From Rhizobiaceae bacterium (GTDB lineage: Bacteria; Pseudomonadota; Alphaproteobacteria; Rhizobiales; Rhizobiaceae), in assembly GCA_050247155.1 (NCBI GenBank), contig JBFWUS010000021.1, positions 3,666 through 67,665 of the forward strand: 64,000 nt of DNA, in the 5' to 3' direction. The first letter of the stretch is position 1, and every line of letters starts with the position of its first letter. Of this stretch, positions 20,791 to 30,703 are shown one piece after another. Both the position numbers and the translations under genes were made by a program. Below the pieces are notes generated by a model. It made no database searches and had not been told where the DNA came from. It was given only the letters and a program-made list of their open reading frames with translations.

Positions 20791-20956
20791 CGACGACCCC
20801 CCTCTGCCCTGCCGGGCATCTCCCCCTCATGGGGGGATATTGACAGCGGCACCCTCGCCGCCCGTTCTGAAACTTTCGCGTTTGGCGAAATTGACGCGGC
20901 CGGCTGATCTCCCACCTTGAGGGGGAGATGCCCGGCAGGGCAGAGGGGGGTTGTCG
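20791..20956. repeat. Rhizobial intergenic palindromic repeat (RIME/REP-like)
   Basis: 39-bp inverted repeat CGAC(G/A)ACCCCCCTCTGCCCTGCCGGGCATCTCCCCCTCA, one mismatch. Confidence 0.85.
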
Positions 20957-20977
20957 ACGAGAACGACAAAGCCCGCC

Positions 20978-21898
20978 TCAGCTTCGCTTCAGCTTCGGGT
21001 CGAGTGCGTCGCGCAAGCCGTCACCCATCAGATTGATGGCAAGCACGGTGATGAGGATCGCCAAACCGGGCAGCGTGACCACCCACCAGGCGCGCAGGAT
21101 GAATTCGCGCGCTTCGGCGAGCATCGTGCCCCATTCGGGCGTCGGCGGTTGCGCGCCCATGCCGAGGAAGCCGAGCGCCGCGGCATCGAGGATGGCGTTG
21201 GAAAAGGACAGTGTTGCCTGCACGATCAGCGGCGCCATGCAATTGGGCAAGATGGTCTTGAACATCAATCGCAGCGGTCCGGCGCCAGCGACCTTGGCGG
21301 CGATCACATAATCGCGGGTTTTCTCCGACATCACGGCGGCGCGGGTGAGCCGCACAAAATGCGGCTGGAAGACAAGCGCGATGGCGATCATTGCGTTGAT
21401 CAAGCCCGGACCGAGCACAGCCACCAGCACCAGCGCGAGCAGCAACGACGGGAACGCCAGGATGATGTCCATCAGCCGCATGATCAAGGTGTCGACCCAA
21501 CCACGGAAATAGCCTGCAACCACCCCAAGCAGAATGCCGCCGACCAGCGCAATGGTCGTGACGATAACGCCGATGAAGAGCGAATAACGCGTGCCGTAAA
21601 TCAGGCGTGAGAGAATGTCGCGACCGACGGCGTCGGTGCCTAGCAGGAATGCGGCGCTGCCGCCCTCCTGCCAGAAGGGCGGCAGCAGAATGGCGGCGCG
21701 GTCCTGCGCGTTCGGCGCGTGGGGGGCGATCAACGGCGCGAAGAGCGCCAGAAAGACAAGGAAGACAAAGAACCAGAGGCCGATCACCGCGCCGCGATTC
21801 TCGGAAAAATAGTACCAGAACTCGGCGAAGCGGGCGCGCCGCGACGGATCCTTGGAAACCGTATCGAGCGTGTTGGCGGGTGCTGCGGCGTCGGCCAT
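20978..21898 (-). CDS. dppC: Dipeptide ABC transporter permease
   Basis: LLGTDAVGRDILSRL, EAA-loop region, PPTPEWG, NLMGDGLRDALDPK. Confidence 0.92.
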   Translation of the reverse strand: MADAAAPANTLDTVSKDPSRRARFAEFWYYFSENRGAVIGLWFFVFLVFLALFAPLIAPHAPNAQDRAAILLPPFWQEGGSAAFLLGTDAVGRDILSRLIYGTRYSLFIGVIVTTIALVGGILLGVVAGYFRGWVDTLIMRLMDIILAFPSLLLALVLVAVLGPGLINAMIAIALVFQPHFVRLTRAAVMSEKTRDYVIAAKVAGAGPLRLMFKTILPNCMAPLIVQATLSFSNAILDAAALGFLGMGAQPPTPEWGTMLAEAREFILRAWWVVTLPGLAILITVLAINLMGDGLRDALDPKLKRS

Positions 21899-21907
21899 AG
21901 TCGTCTC

Positions 21908-22912
21908 CTAGTGCCGGATGCGCGGGTTGATCAGTCCGTAGAGCAGATCGACAATCAGATTCACCAGCATGATGATACCGGCGATGATCAGCAGTCCGCC
22001 CTGGATGACCGGATAATCTCGCTTGAAGACCGAATCGACCATCCACTTGCCAATGCCCGGCCAAGAGAAGATCGTCTCGGTCAAGATCGCGCCGGCGAGC
22101 ATGACGCCGACCTGAAGACCGATCGTGGTGACGACAGGGATCATGGCGTTGCGCAAGGCATGAACGCCGACGACCCGGAAGGCCGAAAGGCCCTTGGCGC
22201 GCGCCGTCCGCACATAATCTTCCGACAAGACTTCGAGCATCGCCGAGCGGGTTTGGCGCGCGATGACGGCCAGCGGAATGGTGCCGAGCACGATGGTGGG
22301 CAAGATCAGATGGCTCAGCGCCGACTTGAACGCGCCCGCCTGCCCGGACATCAGCGAATCGACCAGCATGAAGCCGGTCACCGTGGGGAAGAAGAACATC
22401 AGCGAAATACGACCCGACACCGGGGTCCACTGCAACATGCCGGAGAACAGGATGATGAGCAGCAGCCCCCACCAGAAGATTGGCATCGAAAAGCCGATCA
22501 ACGCCGTGCCCATGATCGCCTGATCGTACCAGGAGCCACGCTTGATCGCGGCCAGCACGCCGGCCGGGATGCCCAGCACTACCGCGAAGATGATGGCGCA
22601 GAGCGACAACTCAAGCGTTGCCGGAAACAGCTCGAAAAACTGGTCGATGACCGGCTTCTTGGTCGAAATGGAAGTGCCGAAATCGCCGTGCAGCACGCCC
22701 CAGAGATAATCGAGATATTGGATGACGACCGGACGGTCGAGGCCGAGCTGATGGGAAATCTCGGCGTGGCGAGCCGGATCCATCACGCGCTCGCCCGACA
22801 GCAGCGCAACAGGATCGCCTGGCAAAAGCCGGATAAAAGCAAACGCAATGATCGACACACCGATAAAGGTGGGGATCAATACGGCCAGCCGACCGAGCAA
22901 AAATCGAAACAT
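21908..22912 (-). CDS. dppB: Dipeptide ABC transporter permease
   Basis: LLPGDP, EDYVRTARAKGL, TETIFSWPGIG, INPRIR. Confidence 0.92.
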   Translation of the reverse strand: MFRFLLGRLAVLIPTFIGVSIIAFAFIRLLPGDPVALLSGERVMDPARHAEISHQLGLDRPVVIQYLDYLWGVLHGDFGTSISTKKPVIDQFFELFPATLELSLCAIIFAVVLGIPAGVLAAIKRGSWYDQAIMGTALIGFSMPIFWWGLLLIILFSGMLQWTPVSGRISLMFFFPTVTGFMLVDSLMSGQAGAFKSALSHLILPTIVLGTIPLAVIARQTRSAMLEVLSEDYVRTARAKGLSAFRVVGVHALRNAMIPVVTTIGLQVGVMLAGAILTETIFSWPGIGKWMVDSVFKRDYPVIQGGLLIIAGIIMLVNLIVDLLYGLINPRIRH

Positions 22913-23023
22913 ATCCGTCTCCCGCCTAGTCCCCAAGCGCCGATCTTCGCCGGCTGCTTCCCGCGGATGTAAGCAAGGGCGCCCGTGGAGCGAGCGCCCT
23001 CGTGTTTCCTCGCTTAGCAGACC

Positions 23024-24622
23024 TTATTCGACTATGTCGACGCCATCAAATGCGAAATCACCAAGCGGGCTTTGAACAAAGCCTTCGACGCCCTTGCGCA
23101 TGGGGACGACCGACAGCGAGTGGTCCAGCGTCGCCCAAGGCGCCTCGCGCTTGAAAACCTCTTGCGCCTGCTTGTAGAGCTTGATGCGCTCGTCCTGATT
23201 GGTCGCTTCTTTCGCCTTGGTGACCAGATCGTCGAATTCCTGGTTGCACCATTGCGCCCGGTTGTTACCGCCGACCGCATCGCAGCCGAGCAGCGTGTCA
23301 AGGAAGTTGTCGGGATCGCCATTATCGCCGGTCCAACCCATGATGACAGCGCCATCGCGGTCCTTGGCGCGCGATTTTTCGAGATATTCCGTCCATTCAT
23401 AGCTGACGATCTCGGCTTTCACGCCGACCTTGTCGAAATCGGCCTGAATCAGTTCGGCTGCGCGGCGGGCGTTCAGCATATAGGGCCGCGCCACTGGCAT
23501 GGCCCACACTTTCATCGACAGGTCTTTGACGCCGGCTTCCTCGAGCATCTTCTTTGCGGCCTCGGGATCATAGGCATCGTCTACTGTCGCCTCGTCATAG
23601 GACCACATGGTCGGCGGGATCGGATTCTTGGCTGCGGTGGCAAAACCCTGGAAGACGCCATCGACGATCGCCTTTTTGTTGATCGCCATGTTCAGCGCCT
23701 TGCGTACCTCAGGCTTGTCGAACGGCGGCTGGGTGGCGTTGTAAGCGAGATAGGCGACATTCAACCCTTCCTGCTCGGCGATCTTCAGGTTCGGGTCGGC
23801 CTTCATCGAGTCAATGTCGGCGGCGTTGGGATACGGCATCAAATGGCATTCGCCGGCCTTCAGCTTCTGGTAGCGCACCGAGGCGTCCGTCGTGATGGCG
23901 AACACCAAATCGTCGATCTTCTGCTTGCCGCCCCAATAGTCGGGATTGGCCTGATAGCGGATCACCGCATCCTGCTGATAGCCGACGAACTTGAAAGGCC
24001 CGGTGCCGAGCGGCATCTGGTTCAACTGGTTCATCTTACCATCGACCTGCAGCTTGTCGGCATATTCCTTGGACATGATCGAGGCGAAAGGCATCGCGAC
24101 ATTGGCCAGGAACGGCGCCTCACGCCGCTTCAGCGTGAATTTCACCGTCATGTCATCGACCTTATTGATGCCGGCCAGAAGGTCCGGAAAGCCCATGCCG
24201 GCGAAATACTCCCAGTTCGTGCCCTCGACATATTTGTGCCAAGGGTGATCTGCCTTCCACATGCGCTCGAAGGTGAACAGCACGTCGTCCGCGTTCATCT
24301 CGCGGGCCGGCGTGAAGAATTCGGTCGTCTGGAATTTCACGCCGGGGCGCAGCTTGAAAGTGTATTCGAGTCCGTTGTCGGAGATGTTCCAACTTTCCGC
24401 CAATGACGGCTCGACTTCCGTCGTGCCGGGCTTGAAGGCGAGCAGCGGATTGTAGACCGCGTGGGCCGAGGCGTCGAATGTATTGCCGCCGGTGTAGAGG
24501 CCGGGGTCAAAACCTTCCGGTGAGGCTTCCGAGCAGAAGACAAATGTCTTCGCGCTGGCCACACTGCTCAGCATGGTAGCCGCCAGCAGCGCCGCTGCGA
24601 AGGTAAATTTCGTTCTCATCAT
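23024..24622 (-). CDS. dppA: Dipeptide ABC substrate-binding protein, paralogue 1
   Basis: Signal peptide, FCSEASPEGFDP, PLGTGPF, GWTGDNGDPDNF. Confidence 0.9.
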   Translation of the reverse strand: MMRTKFTFAAALLAATMLSSVASAKTFVFCSEASPEGFDPGLYTGGNTFDASAHAVYNPLLAFKPGTTEVEPSLAESWNISDNGLEYTFKLRPGVKFQTTEFFTPAREMNADDVLFTFERMWKADHPWHKYVEGTNWEYFAGMGFPDLLAGINKVDDMTVKFTLKRREAPFLANVAMPFASIMSKEYADKLQVDGKMNQLNQMPLGTGPFKFVGYQQDAVIRYQANPDYWGGKQKIDDLVFAITTDASVRYQKLKAGECHLMPYPNAADIDSMKADPNLKIAEQEGLNVAYLAYNATQPPFDKPEVRKALNMAINKKAIVDGVFQGFATAAKNPIPPTMWSYDEATVDDAYDPEAAKKMLEEAGVKDLSMKVWAMPVARPYMLNARRAAELIQADFDKVGVKAEIVSYEWTEYLEKSRAKDRDGAVIMGWTGDNGDPDNFLDTLLGCDAVGGNNRAQWCNQEFDDLVTKAKEATNQDERIKLYKQAQEVFKREAPWATLDHSLSVVPMRKGVEGFVQSPLGDFAFDGVDIVE

Positions 24623-24861
24623 GTCGCTCCCTGATCTTGCCTGACCCCCGGTAGCCCGGATCGCTGGGAGCGCATGTAATCCACGTTTTTTGCCATATGG
24701 AACGGCCAGAAAACACAAGCCGGTGAACGAAAGCAAAGATGTCAATTGCGAGCACGAGGGAGTTTGCGGATCAGAGTGTCACCAGCTCTGATCGTTTCAA
24801 GCGTTGCAGATGGATTGCGTTGGATGTCGACAACGCGCTGCGCCCCGATTGGGATGACCAA

Positions 24862-25536
24862 TCAATCATCCTCCATGTTGCGACGCTTCCGAAAGTGTCG
24901 ATTCGTCCTCGAACTCCGTTCGGAGATCGATCCTTGGTCCCGCGAGGGGATTGGGATGAAGAACGATTGGCCGACCTCGAGATTCTCGAGCGCCCCTATG
25001 ATCCCATCTTGGACATTGTCTTCGTCGAATGCAGGCTGTGACGCCCTGTAAGGCTCTAGGAGTTGCTGTTGTCCTTCCCTAATCCTGTCGAGCAGTTTTG
25101 CCGACATTTCCTGAAACTGCTCGATGTCATTCAACGGCAAAGCGTACTCGGGCTGGCCGGCTATAATGGTGCTCAACCCCCGACCGTGCCACGGTCTGAT
25201 CGACCATTTTTCCTCATCGGAGTGGGCGTAGACCTTTTTCCGCAAATCAAGCAGTCTTTTATGGAGTGCGGTCTCCTCGGCGTTGTATGGGAGCAATCTG
25301 TTTGGAAAATTGTGACCGCCTCTACCTGAGAAGAACACCCGACCGTAAGCCGTGACGAGCGCTGTCACAAAAGCGGCTTGCTGCGCGTAAATGGTGCCCC
25401 GGCCAAACGGTCGCTTATTATAAAGCTTCCGCTTAATCAGCATCTCACCGAACTGCCGGGCAAACGCAATGTCGGCGGCTGCGGAATATAACTTTGTTAG
25501 CGTCTTCCGGTCATGATCGGTCAGTTCAAGGAGCAT
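24862..25536 (-). CDS. Hypothetical protein with HEPN-like R-x5-H motif
   Basis: LHKRLLDLRKKVYAHSD in a helical protein; lies between dppA paralogues; codon usage looks less GC-biased than its neighbours. Confidence 0.55.
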   Translation of the reverse strand: MLLELTDHDRKTLTKLYSAAADIAFARQFGEMLIKRKLYNKRPFGRGTIYAQQAAFVTALVTAYGRVFFSGRGGHNFPNRLLPYNAEETALHKRLLDLRKKVYAHSDEEKWSIRPWHGRGLSTIIAGQPEYALPLNDIEQFQEMSAKLLDRIREGQQQLLEPYRASQPAFDEDNVQDGIIGALENLEVGQSFFIPIPSRDQGSISERSSRTNRHFRKRRNMEDD

Positions 25537-25704
25537 GGTTCTAACGCTACCAAGAGGGAGTGGTCTTCTAGAGGTGGACGCCAAAAAGGGAATTGCCCGA
25601 AAAGAAGTCTTTGTGCTGCATCCCGCCTAGCCCCAAACGCCACGAGCCGCGCATTGCTGCGCGGCCCGTCGATTTTTTTGCCTGCCGGTCGCCCGGCCGC
25701 CACC

Positions 25705-27297
25705 TTACTCGGCGACGTCAACGCCCGAGAAGGAATGCTTGCCGAACGGGCTCATCACATAGCCGGTGACCTTCTTCGACATCGGCATGACGACCACGGA
25801 ATGGTCGAGCGTCGCCCACGGAGCCTCTTTCTTGAAGACCGCCTGGGCCTTCTTGTAGAGATCGGTGCGGGCAGCCTGGTCGACCGTCTGCTTGGCGTCC
25901 ACGACGAGCTTGTTGAACTCTTCGTTGCACCACTGCGCACGGTTATTGCCGCCGACCGCATCGCAGCCGAGCAGCGTGTGCAGGAAGTTGTCCGGGTCGC
26001 CGTTGTCGCCGGTCCAGCCGAGGATCACCGCGCCATCGCGGTCCTTGGCCTTCGACTTTTCCAGATACTCGGCCCACTCATAGGAGACGATCTCAGCCTT
26101 GACGCCAACGGCGGCGAGGTCGGACTGGATCAGCTCCGCCGCACGGCGGGCGTTGAGCATGTAGGGACGCGCAACCGGCATCGCCCAGACCTTCATCGAA
26201 AGGTCTTTCACGCCGGCCGCCTCGAGAGCCGCCTTGGCGGCCGCCGGGTCGTACTTGTCGTCGACGGTGGCTTCGTCATAGGACCACATCGTCGGCGGGA
26301 TCGGGTTCTTGGCCACTTCGGCCGCCCCCTCGAACACGCTCTTGACGATGGCTTCCTTGTTGATCGCCTGGTTCAGCGCCTTGCGCACCTCTGCCTTGTC
26401 GAACGGCGCCTGCGTCGTGTTGTAGGCAAGGTAAGCGACGTTGAGGCCGTTTTCCTTCATCAGCGTCAGGTTGGCGTCCTGCTCGATGGCGGAAACGTCA
26501 GCCGCGTTCGGATACGGGAACACCTGGCACTCGTTGGCCTTCAGCTTCTGCAGGCGAACCGCGGCGTCGGTGGTGATGGCGAAGACCAGATCGTCGATCT
26601 TTTCCTTGCCCTTCCAGTAGCCGTCATGCGCCTGGTAGCGGATCACCGCATCCTGCTGGTAGCCCACAAATTTGAAAGGCCCGGTGCCGAGCGGCATCTG
26701 GTTCAACTGCGCCATCTTGCCGTCGGCCTGCAGCTTGTCCGCATATTCCTTCGACATGATCGACGCGAAGTCCATGCCGAGATTGGCGATGAACGGCGCT
26801 TCCTTGTTCTTGAGCGTGAACTTGACCTCGAGGTCGCCGACCTTTTCGATCGAGGCGATCAGCTCCGGGAAGCCCATGCCGGCGAAATATTCCCAGGAGC
26901 CGCCCTCGACATATTTGTTCCACGGATTGTCCGCCTTGAACTGGCGCTCGAAGGAATAAATCACGTCATCGGCGTTGAGATCGCGGGTCGGCGTGAAGAA
27001 TTCGGTCGTCTGGAATTTTACGCCCGGACGAATCTTGAAGGTGTACTGCAAGCCGTCATCGGAAACGGTCCAGCTTTCGGCCAGCGACGGCTCGATGTCG
27101 GTCGTGCCTGGCTTGAATTCGACCAAGCGGTTGTAGACCGGGACAGACGAAGCGTCGAAGGTCGTGCCGGCGGTGTAGAGGCCGGGGTCAAAACCCTCCG
27201 GCGAACCTTCCGAGCAGTAGACCAAGGTCTTCGCATTCGCGACGCCACCCAGCATCGTCGCGGTCAGCAGCGCTGCCGCGAGTGTGATTTTTTTCAT
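25705..27297 (-). CDS. dppA: Dipeptide ABC substrate-binding protein, paralogue 2
   Basis: Signal peptide MKKITLAAALL, YCSEGSPEGFDP; closely similar to 23024-24622. Confidence 0.9.
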   Translation of the reverse strand: MKKITLAAALLTATMLGGVANAKTLVYCSEGSPEGFDPGLYTAGTTFDASSVPVYNRLVEFKPGTTDIEPSLAESWTVSDDGLQYTFKIRPGVKFQTTEFFTPTRDLNADDVIYSFERQFKADNPWNKYVEGGSWEYFAGMGFPELIASIEKVGDLEVKFTLKNKEAPFIANLGMDFASIMSKEYADKLQADGKMAQLNQMPLGTGPFKFVGYQQDAVIRYQAHDGYWKGKEKIDDLVFAITTDAAVRLQKLKANECQVFPYPNAADVSAIEQDANLTLMKENGLNVAYLAYNTTQAPFDKAEVRKALNQAINKEAIVKSVFEGAAEVAKNPIPPTMWSYDEATVDDKYDPAAAKAALEAAGVKDLSMKVWAMPVARPYMLNARRAAELIQSDLAAVGVKAEIVSYEWAEYLEKSKAKDRDGAVILGWTGDNGDPDNFLHTLLGCDAVGGNNRAQWCNEEFNKLVVDAKQTVDQAARTDLYKKAQAVFKKEAPWATLDHSVVVMPMSKKVTGYVMSPFGKHSFSGVDVAE

Positions 27298-27635
27298 TGA
27301 AGTACTCCCTGTTAACTCCAAGCCCCTCTGTAGGCTGGTGAGCGCGCATATAATCACGTTTTCCAAACGATGGAACTCCCAGTTTGCACAACTGCGTGAA
27401 CGTAGAAAACGATGCTCATTTCCAGCTTTCTCTTGGGTGAAACGGGTCGCGTTTCGGTGATAGCTGTTGAATAAGGTGCGTGACGCAACGGCAGTTGCGC
27501 CCGCGCGATCTTGCGTCCATCTTTACACTGGAAATACATAGACGATCCGGCGACGCGATAAGCACAACGATGTCCAGACGGGCGGTCACCGGACGGGAAC
27601 AAAAGCGGCAGCGCACGAGCGCTCGGGGAGGACCA

Positions 27636-29498
27636 ATGGCCAAGACGCCAGCAAAGCAGGAAGCAGCATCCAAAACGAAGCCGGCAGCCAAAAGCGCGCC
27701 GGCCAAAAGCGCCGCGAGCAAAGTAGCGGCGAAGCCCGCCCCGGCAAAAGCGGCGCCAGCAAGCAAGCCCGCAGCCGCAAAGCCGGCGCCGACAAATGGC
27801 ACGGCCAAAGTGGAGCCAAAGCCGGCGCCCTATGCGGCCAAGCCGTGGCTGACGAGCTATTCGAGCGTAGTGCCAGCCGAGATCAAGCCGCTGCCTTACG
27901 ACAATATCGGCGAGTTGCTGGTCGACGCCTGCCGCAAGTTTGCCGGCCGGCCCGCCTTCACCTGCATGGACAAGACGATGACGTATGCCGAGGTGGAAAA
28001 ACACTCGGCGCATTTCGGCGCCTTCCTGCAATCGAAGGGTCTCAAGCCGGGCGCGCGCGTTGCGATCATGATGCCGAACGTGCTGCAGTACCCGATTGCC
28101 ATGATGGGCATTCTGCGCGCCGGCTATGCGGTGGTAAACGTCAACCCGCTCTACACGCCGCGCGAGCTCGAACACCAGCTCAAGGATTCGGGCGCAGAGG
28201 CCATCGTCATCGTCGAGAATTTCGCCACCACGCTACAGACCTGCGTCGCCAAGACGCCGGTCAAGCATGTGATCGTGGCGTCCATGGGCGACATGCTCGG
28301 CGTGAAGGGCCTGCTGGTGAACTTCGTCGTGCGCAAGGTGAAGAAGATGGTGCCGGCGTGGGAGCTGCCAGGTCATACCAAATTTCCCGCGGCCTTGAGG
28401 CAAGGCGCGGCCAACACATTGAAACCGGCAAAGGCGTCGCCAGACGATATCGCCTTCCTGCAGTACACGGGCGGCACCACGGGCGTCTCGAAGGGCGCCA
28501 CGCTGTTGCACCGGAACATCCTGGCTAATGTCGCGCAAAACATACTGTGGCAGGAAACGGCGTTCGTGAAACGGCCGAAGCCGGAACGGCTGGTGTTCGT
28601 ATGCCCGCTGCCGCTCTATCATATCTACGCGCTGACCGTGAACGCGCTGATGGGCATGTACCAGGGCGCGCAGAACCTTTTGATCCCCAATCCGCGCGAT
28701 ATCCCGGCTTTCGTCAAGGATCTGCAAAAATATCCGGTGAACGTGTTCCCCGGCCTGAACACGCTGTTCAATGCCCTGATGAACAATGAAGACTTTCGCA
28801 AACTGGACTTCAAGCCGCTGATGCTGACCTTCGCGGGCGGCATGGCGGCGCAACGGCCGGTGGCGGAACGCTGGTTCAAGCTGACAGGCATACCGGTGAC
28901 CGAAGGCTATGGGCTGTCGGAGACATCGCCGGTGGCAACGACCAACCGCTTCGATGTGGAAGAGTTTTCCGGCACGATCGGACTGCCGATCCCGTCGACG
29001 GAGATCGCGATCCGCGATGATGACGGCCACGACGTTGCGCTGGGCGAAGTCGGCGAAATCTGTATTCGCGGGCCACAGGTGATGGCTGGCTATTGGAACC
29101 GGCCCGACGAGACTGCCAAGGTCATGACCGCTGACGGCTTCTTCAAGACCGGCGACATGGGCTTCATGGACGACAAGGGCTACACCAAGATCGTCGACCG
29201 CAAGAAGGACATGATCCTGGTTTCCGGCTTCAACGTTTATCCGAACGAGCTCGAAGAAGTCGTGGCCCAGCACCCGGGCGTTCTGGAAGTCGCGGCCATC
29301 GGCGTGCCGGACGACAAATCGGGCGAGGTGCCGAAACTCTTCATCGTCAAGAAAGACGGCGCCTTGACCGACAAGGATGTGCTCGACTTCTGCCGCAAGA
29401 ACCTGACCGGCTACAAGGTGCCAAGGTTTGTGGAGTTCAGAACCGAACTGCCGAAAAGCCCGGTGGGGAAGATTCTGAGGAAAGATTTGCGGGGGTAG
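27636..29498 (+). CDS. fadD: Long-chain fatty-acid-CoA ligase with Ala/Lys/Pro-rich N-terminal extension
   Basis: YTGGTTGVSKG, YGLSETSP, FKTGD, VGKILRK; GGAGGA SD before ATG 27636. Confidence 0.9.
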   Translation: MAKTPAKQEAASKTKPAAKSAPAKSAASKVAAKPAPAKAAPASKPAAAKPAPTNGTAKVEPKPAPYAAKPWLTSYSSVVPAEIKPLPYDNIGELLVDACRKFAGRPAFTCMDKTMTYAEVEKHSAHFGAFLQSKGLKPGARVAIMMPNVLQYPIAMMGILRAGYAVVNVNPLYTPRELEHQLKDSGAEAIVIVENFATTLQTCVAKTPVKHVIVASMGDMLGVKGLLVNFVVRKVKKMVPAWELPGHTKFPAALRQGAANTLKPAKASPDDIAFLQYTGGTTGVSKGATLLHRNILANVAQNILWQETAFVKRPKPERLVFVCPLPLYHIYALTVNALMGMYQGAQNLLIPNPRDIPAFVKDLQKYPVNVFPGLNTLFNALMNNEDFRKLDFKPLMLTFAGGMAAQRPVAERWFKLTGIPVTEGYGLSETSPVATTNRFDVEEFSGTIGLPIPSTEIAIRDDDGHDVALGEVGEICIRGPQVMAGYWNRPDETAKVMTADGFFKTGDMGFMDDKGYTKIVDRKKDMILVSGFNVYPNELEEVVAQHPGVLEVAAIGVPDDKSGEVPKLFIVKKDGALTDKDVLDFCRKNLTGYKVPRFVEFRTELPKSPVGKILRKDLRG

Positions 29499-29513
29499 GC
29501 CGAGCGCCTCGGG

Positions 29514-29993
29514 TCATTCTTCGCGGACCGTAGTCCGCCGCATCTGGAAGCCGGTCTTCGATTGTTCGAAGCCGGCTCTTTCGTAGAAGCGCAATGTGGC
29601 GGGCTCTTTCGAGCCGGTCAAAAGCATGACCTTGTAGCAGCCGTGCTCGAAGGCGCGGCGGACCGCTTCGGACACGATAGCAGTGCCGTAGCCGTGGCCT
29701 TGCTGCCCACTGGCGGTCGCGACGTTTTCGATCAGCGCATAAGGCGTTGCCTGGCGCGTGAGGTTGGGCACTACGATGAGAGTGCATGTAGTGACCGGCG
29801 TTTGCTCGATGACGCCGACCAAAAGCGCGCTGCCGGGAAAGCGATGCAAGTCGGCCACGAACCGCTCGGCGCGCGATTGGGTCACTGGCGCGTTGAAACC
29901 CGCATTGCGAAATTCCAGATAGAGTTTCTGGATGCCAGGCAGATCGGCGGGAATCGCGTCGCGGATGACCAATCCGACAGGCGTGGCGATCAC
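29514..29993 (-). CDS. GNAT family acetyltransferase
   Basis: IENVATASGQQGHGYG, RFYERAGF. Confidence 0.85.
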   Translation of the reverse strand: MIATPVGLVIRDAIPADLPGIQKLYLEFRNAGFNAPVTQSRAERFVADLHRFPGSALLVGVIEQTPVTTCTLIVVPNLTRQATPYALIENVATASGQQGHGYGTAIVSEAVRRAFEHGCYKVMLLTGSKEPATLRFYERAGFEQSKTGFQMRRTTVREE

Positions 29994-30703
29994 TCCCGAT
30001 CCATCAGATAGGCCGGCAAATCCGCTACGGAATTCAACACCACGTCGGCTAGCGGAAGCAGGGTCTCGCGCGTGCCGGTGCCAGAGAGCACGCCGACGTT
30101 CAGGCCGACGCCCCCTGCCCTGCCCATTTCGAGGTCATGGCGGTTGTCTCCGACCATCGCGACCTCCGCCGGCTTCAGACCGGTGAGATCACAGAAGGCG
30201 TAAACCGAATCCGGCGCCGGCTTGGAATTGGCGACAGCGTCGTAGCCGTAGACCGCGGTAAAGAGCTGCGCGACGCCGAGCGCAATTACCGTTTTTTCCG
30301 CGCCGGCGGTCGAATCGTTTGTCGCGATGCCGAGCTGGATGCCCGCGTCGTAAAGCTTGCCTAGAGCCTCCAGCGCGCCCGGAAGCGGCACCGCCTGGGC
30401 CGCGCCTTCGGCAGCGGTGACGGAGTCGAAATGCTCCACCGTGCGCAGGCGCTCGCCCTCGGTCAGGTTGGGATACCAGAGCCCGACGATGTCGGCATTG
30501 GTGCCGGCCGCAAAGACCGAGTCGGCGCGGAAGCGGCCCGCCGCTGAGTCATACCCAGCCGTATCCATCATGGCGTCGGCCAAGGTACGGTCGCCTTGAG
30601 CGGCCTTCAACGCCATCAGGTCGCCGATCGCATGCCAAGTCGCCTGGAAATCGACCAGCGTGCCATCCTTGTCGAACAGGATTGCTTTGATGGGCGGCTT
30701 CAT
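29990..30703 (-). CDS. HAD family phosphatase (phosphoglycolate-phosphatase-like)
   Basis: [27 protein letters not shown]; ATG overlaps the pgi stop. Confidence 0.88.
   Translation of the reverse strand: MKPPIKAILFDKDGTLVDFQATWHAIGDLMALKAAQGDRTLADAMMDTAGYDSAAGRFRADSVFAAGTNADIVGLWYPNLTEGERLRTVEHFDSVTAAEGAAQAVPLPGALEALGKLYDAGIQLGIATNDSTAGAEKTVIALGVAQLFTAVYGYDAVANSKPAPDSVYAFCDLTGLKPAEVAMVGDNRHDLEMGRAGGVGLNVGVLSGTGTRETLLPLADVVLNSVADLPAYLMDRE

Noticed and set aside
24769-24793. GATCAGAG-N9-CTCTGATC hairpin downstream of the HEPN-like gene
   Set aside because: 8-bp stem without a U-tract on the relevant strand; function unsupported.
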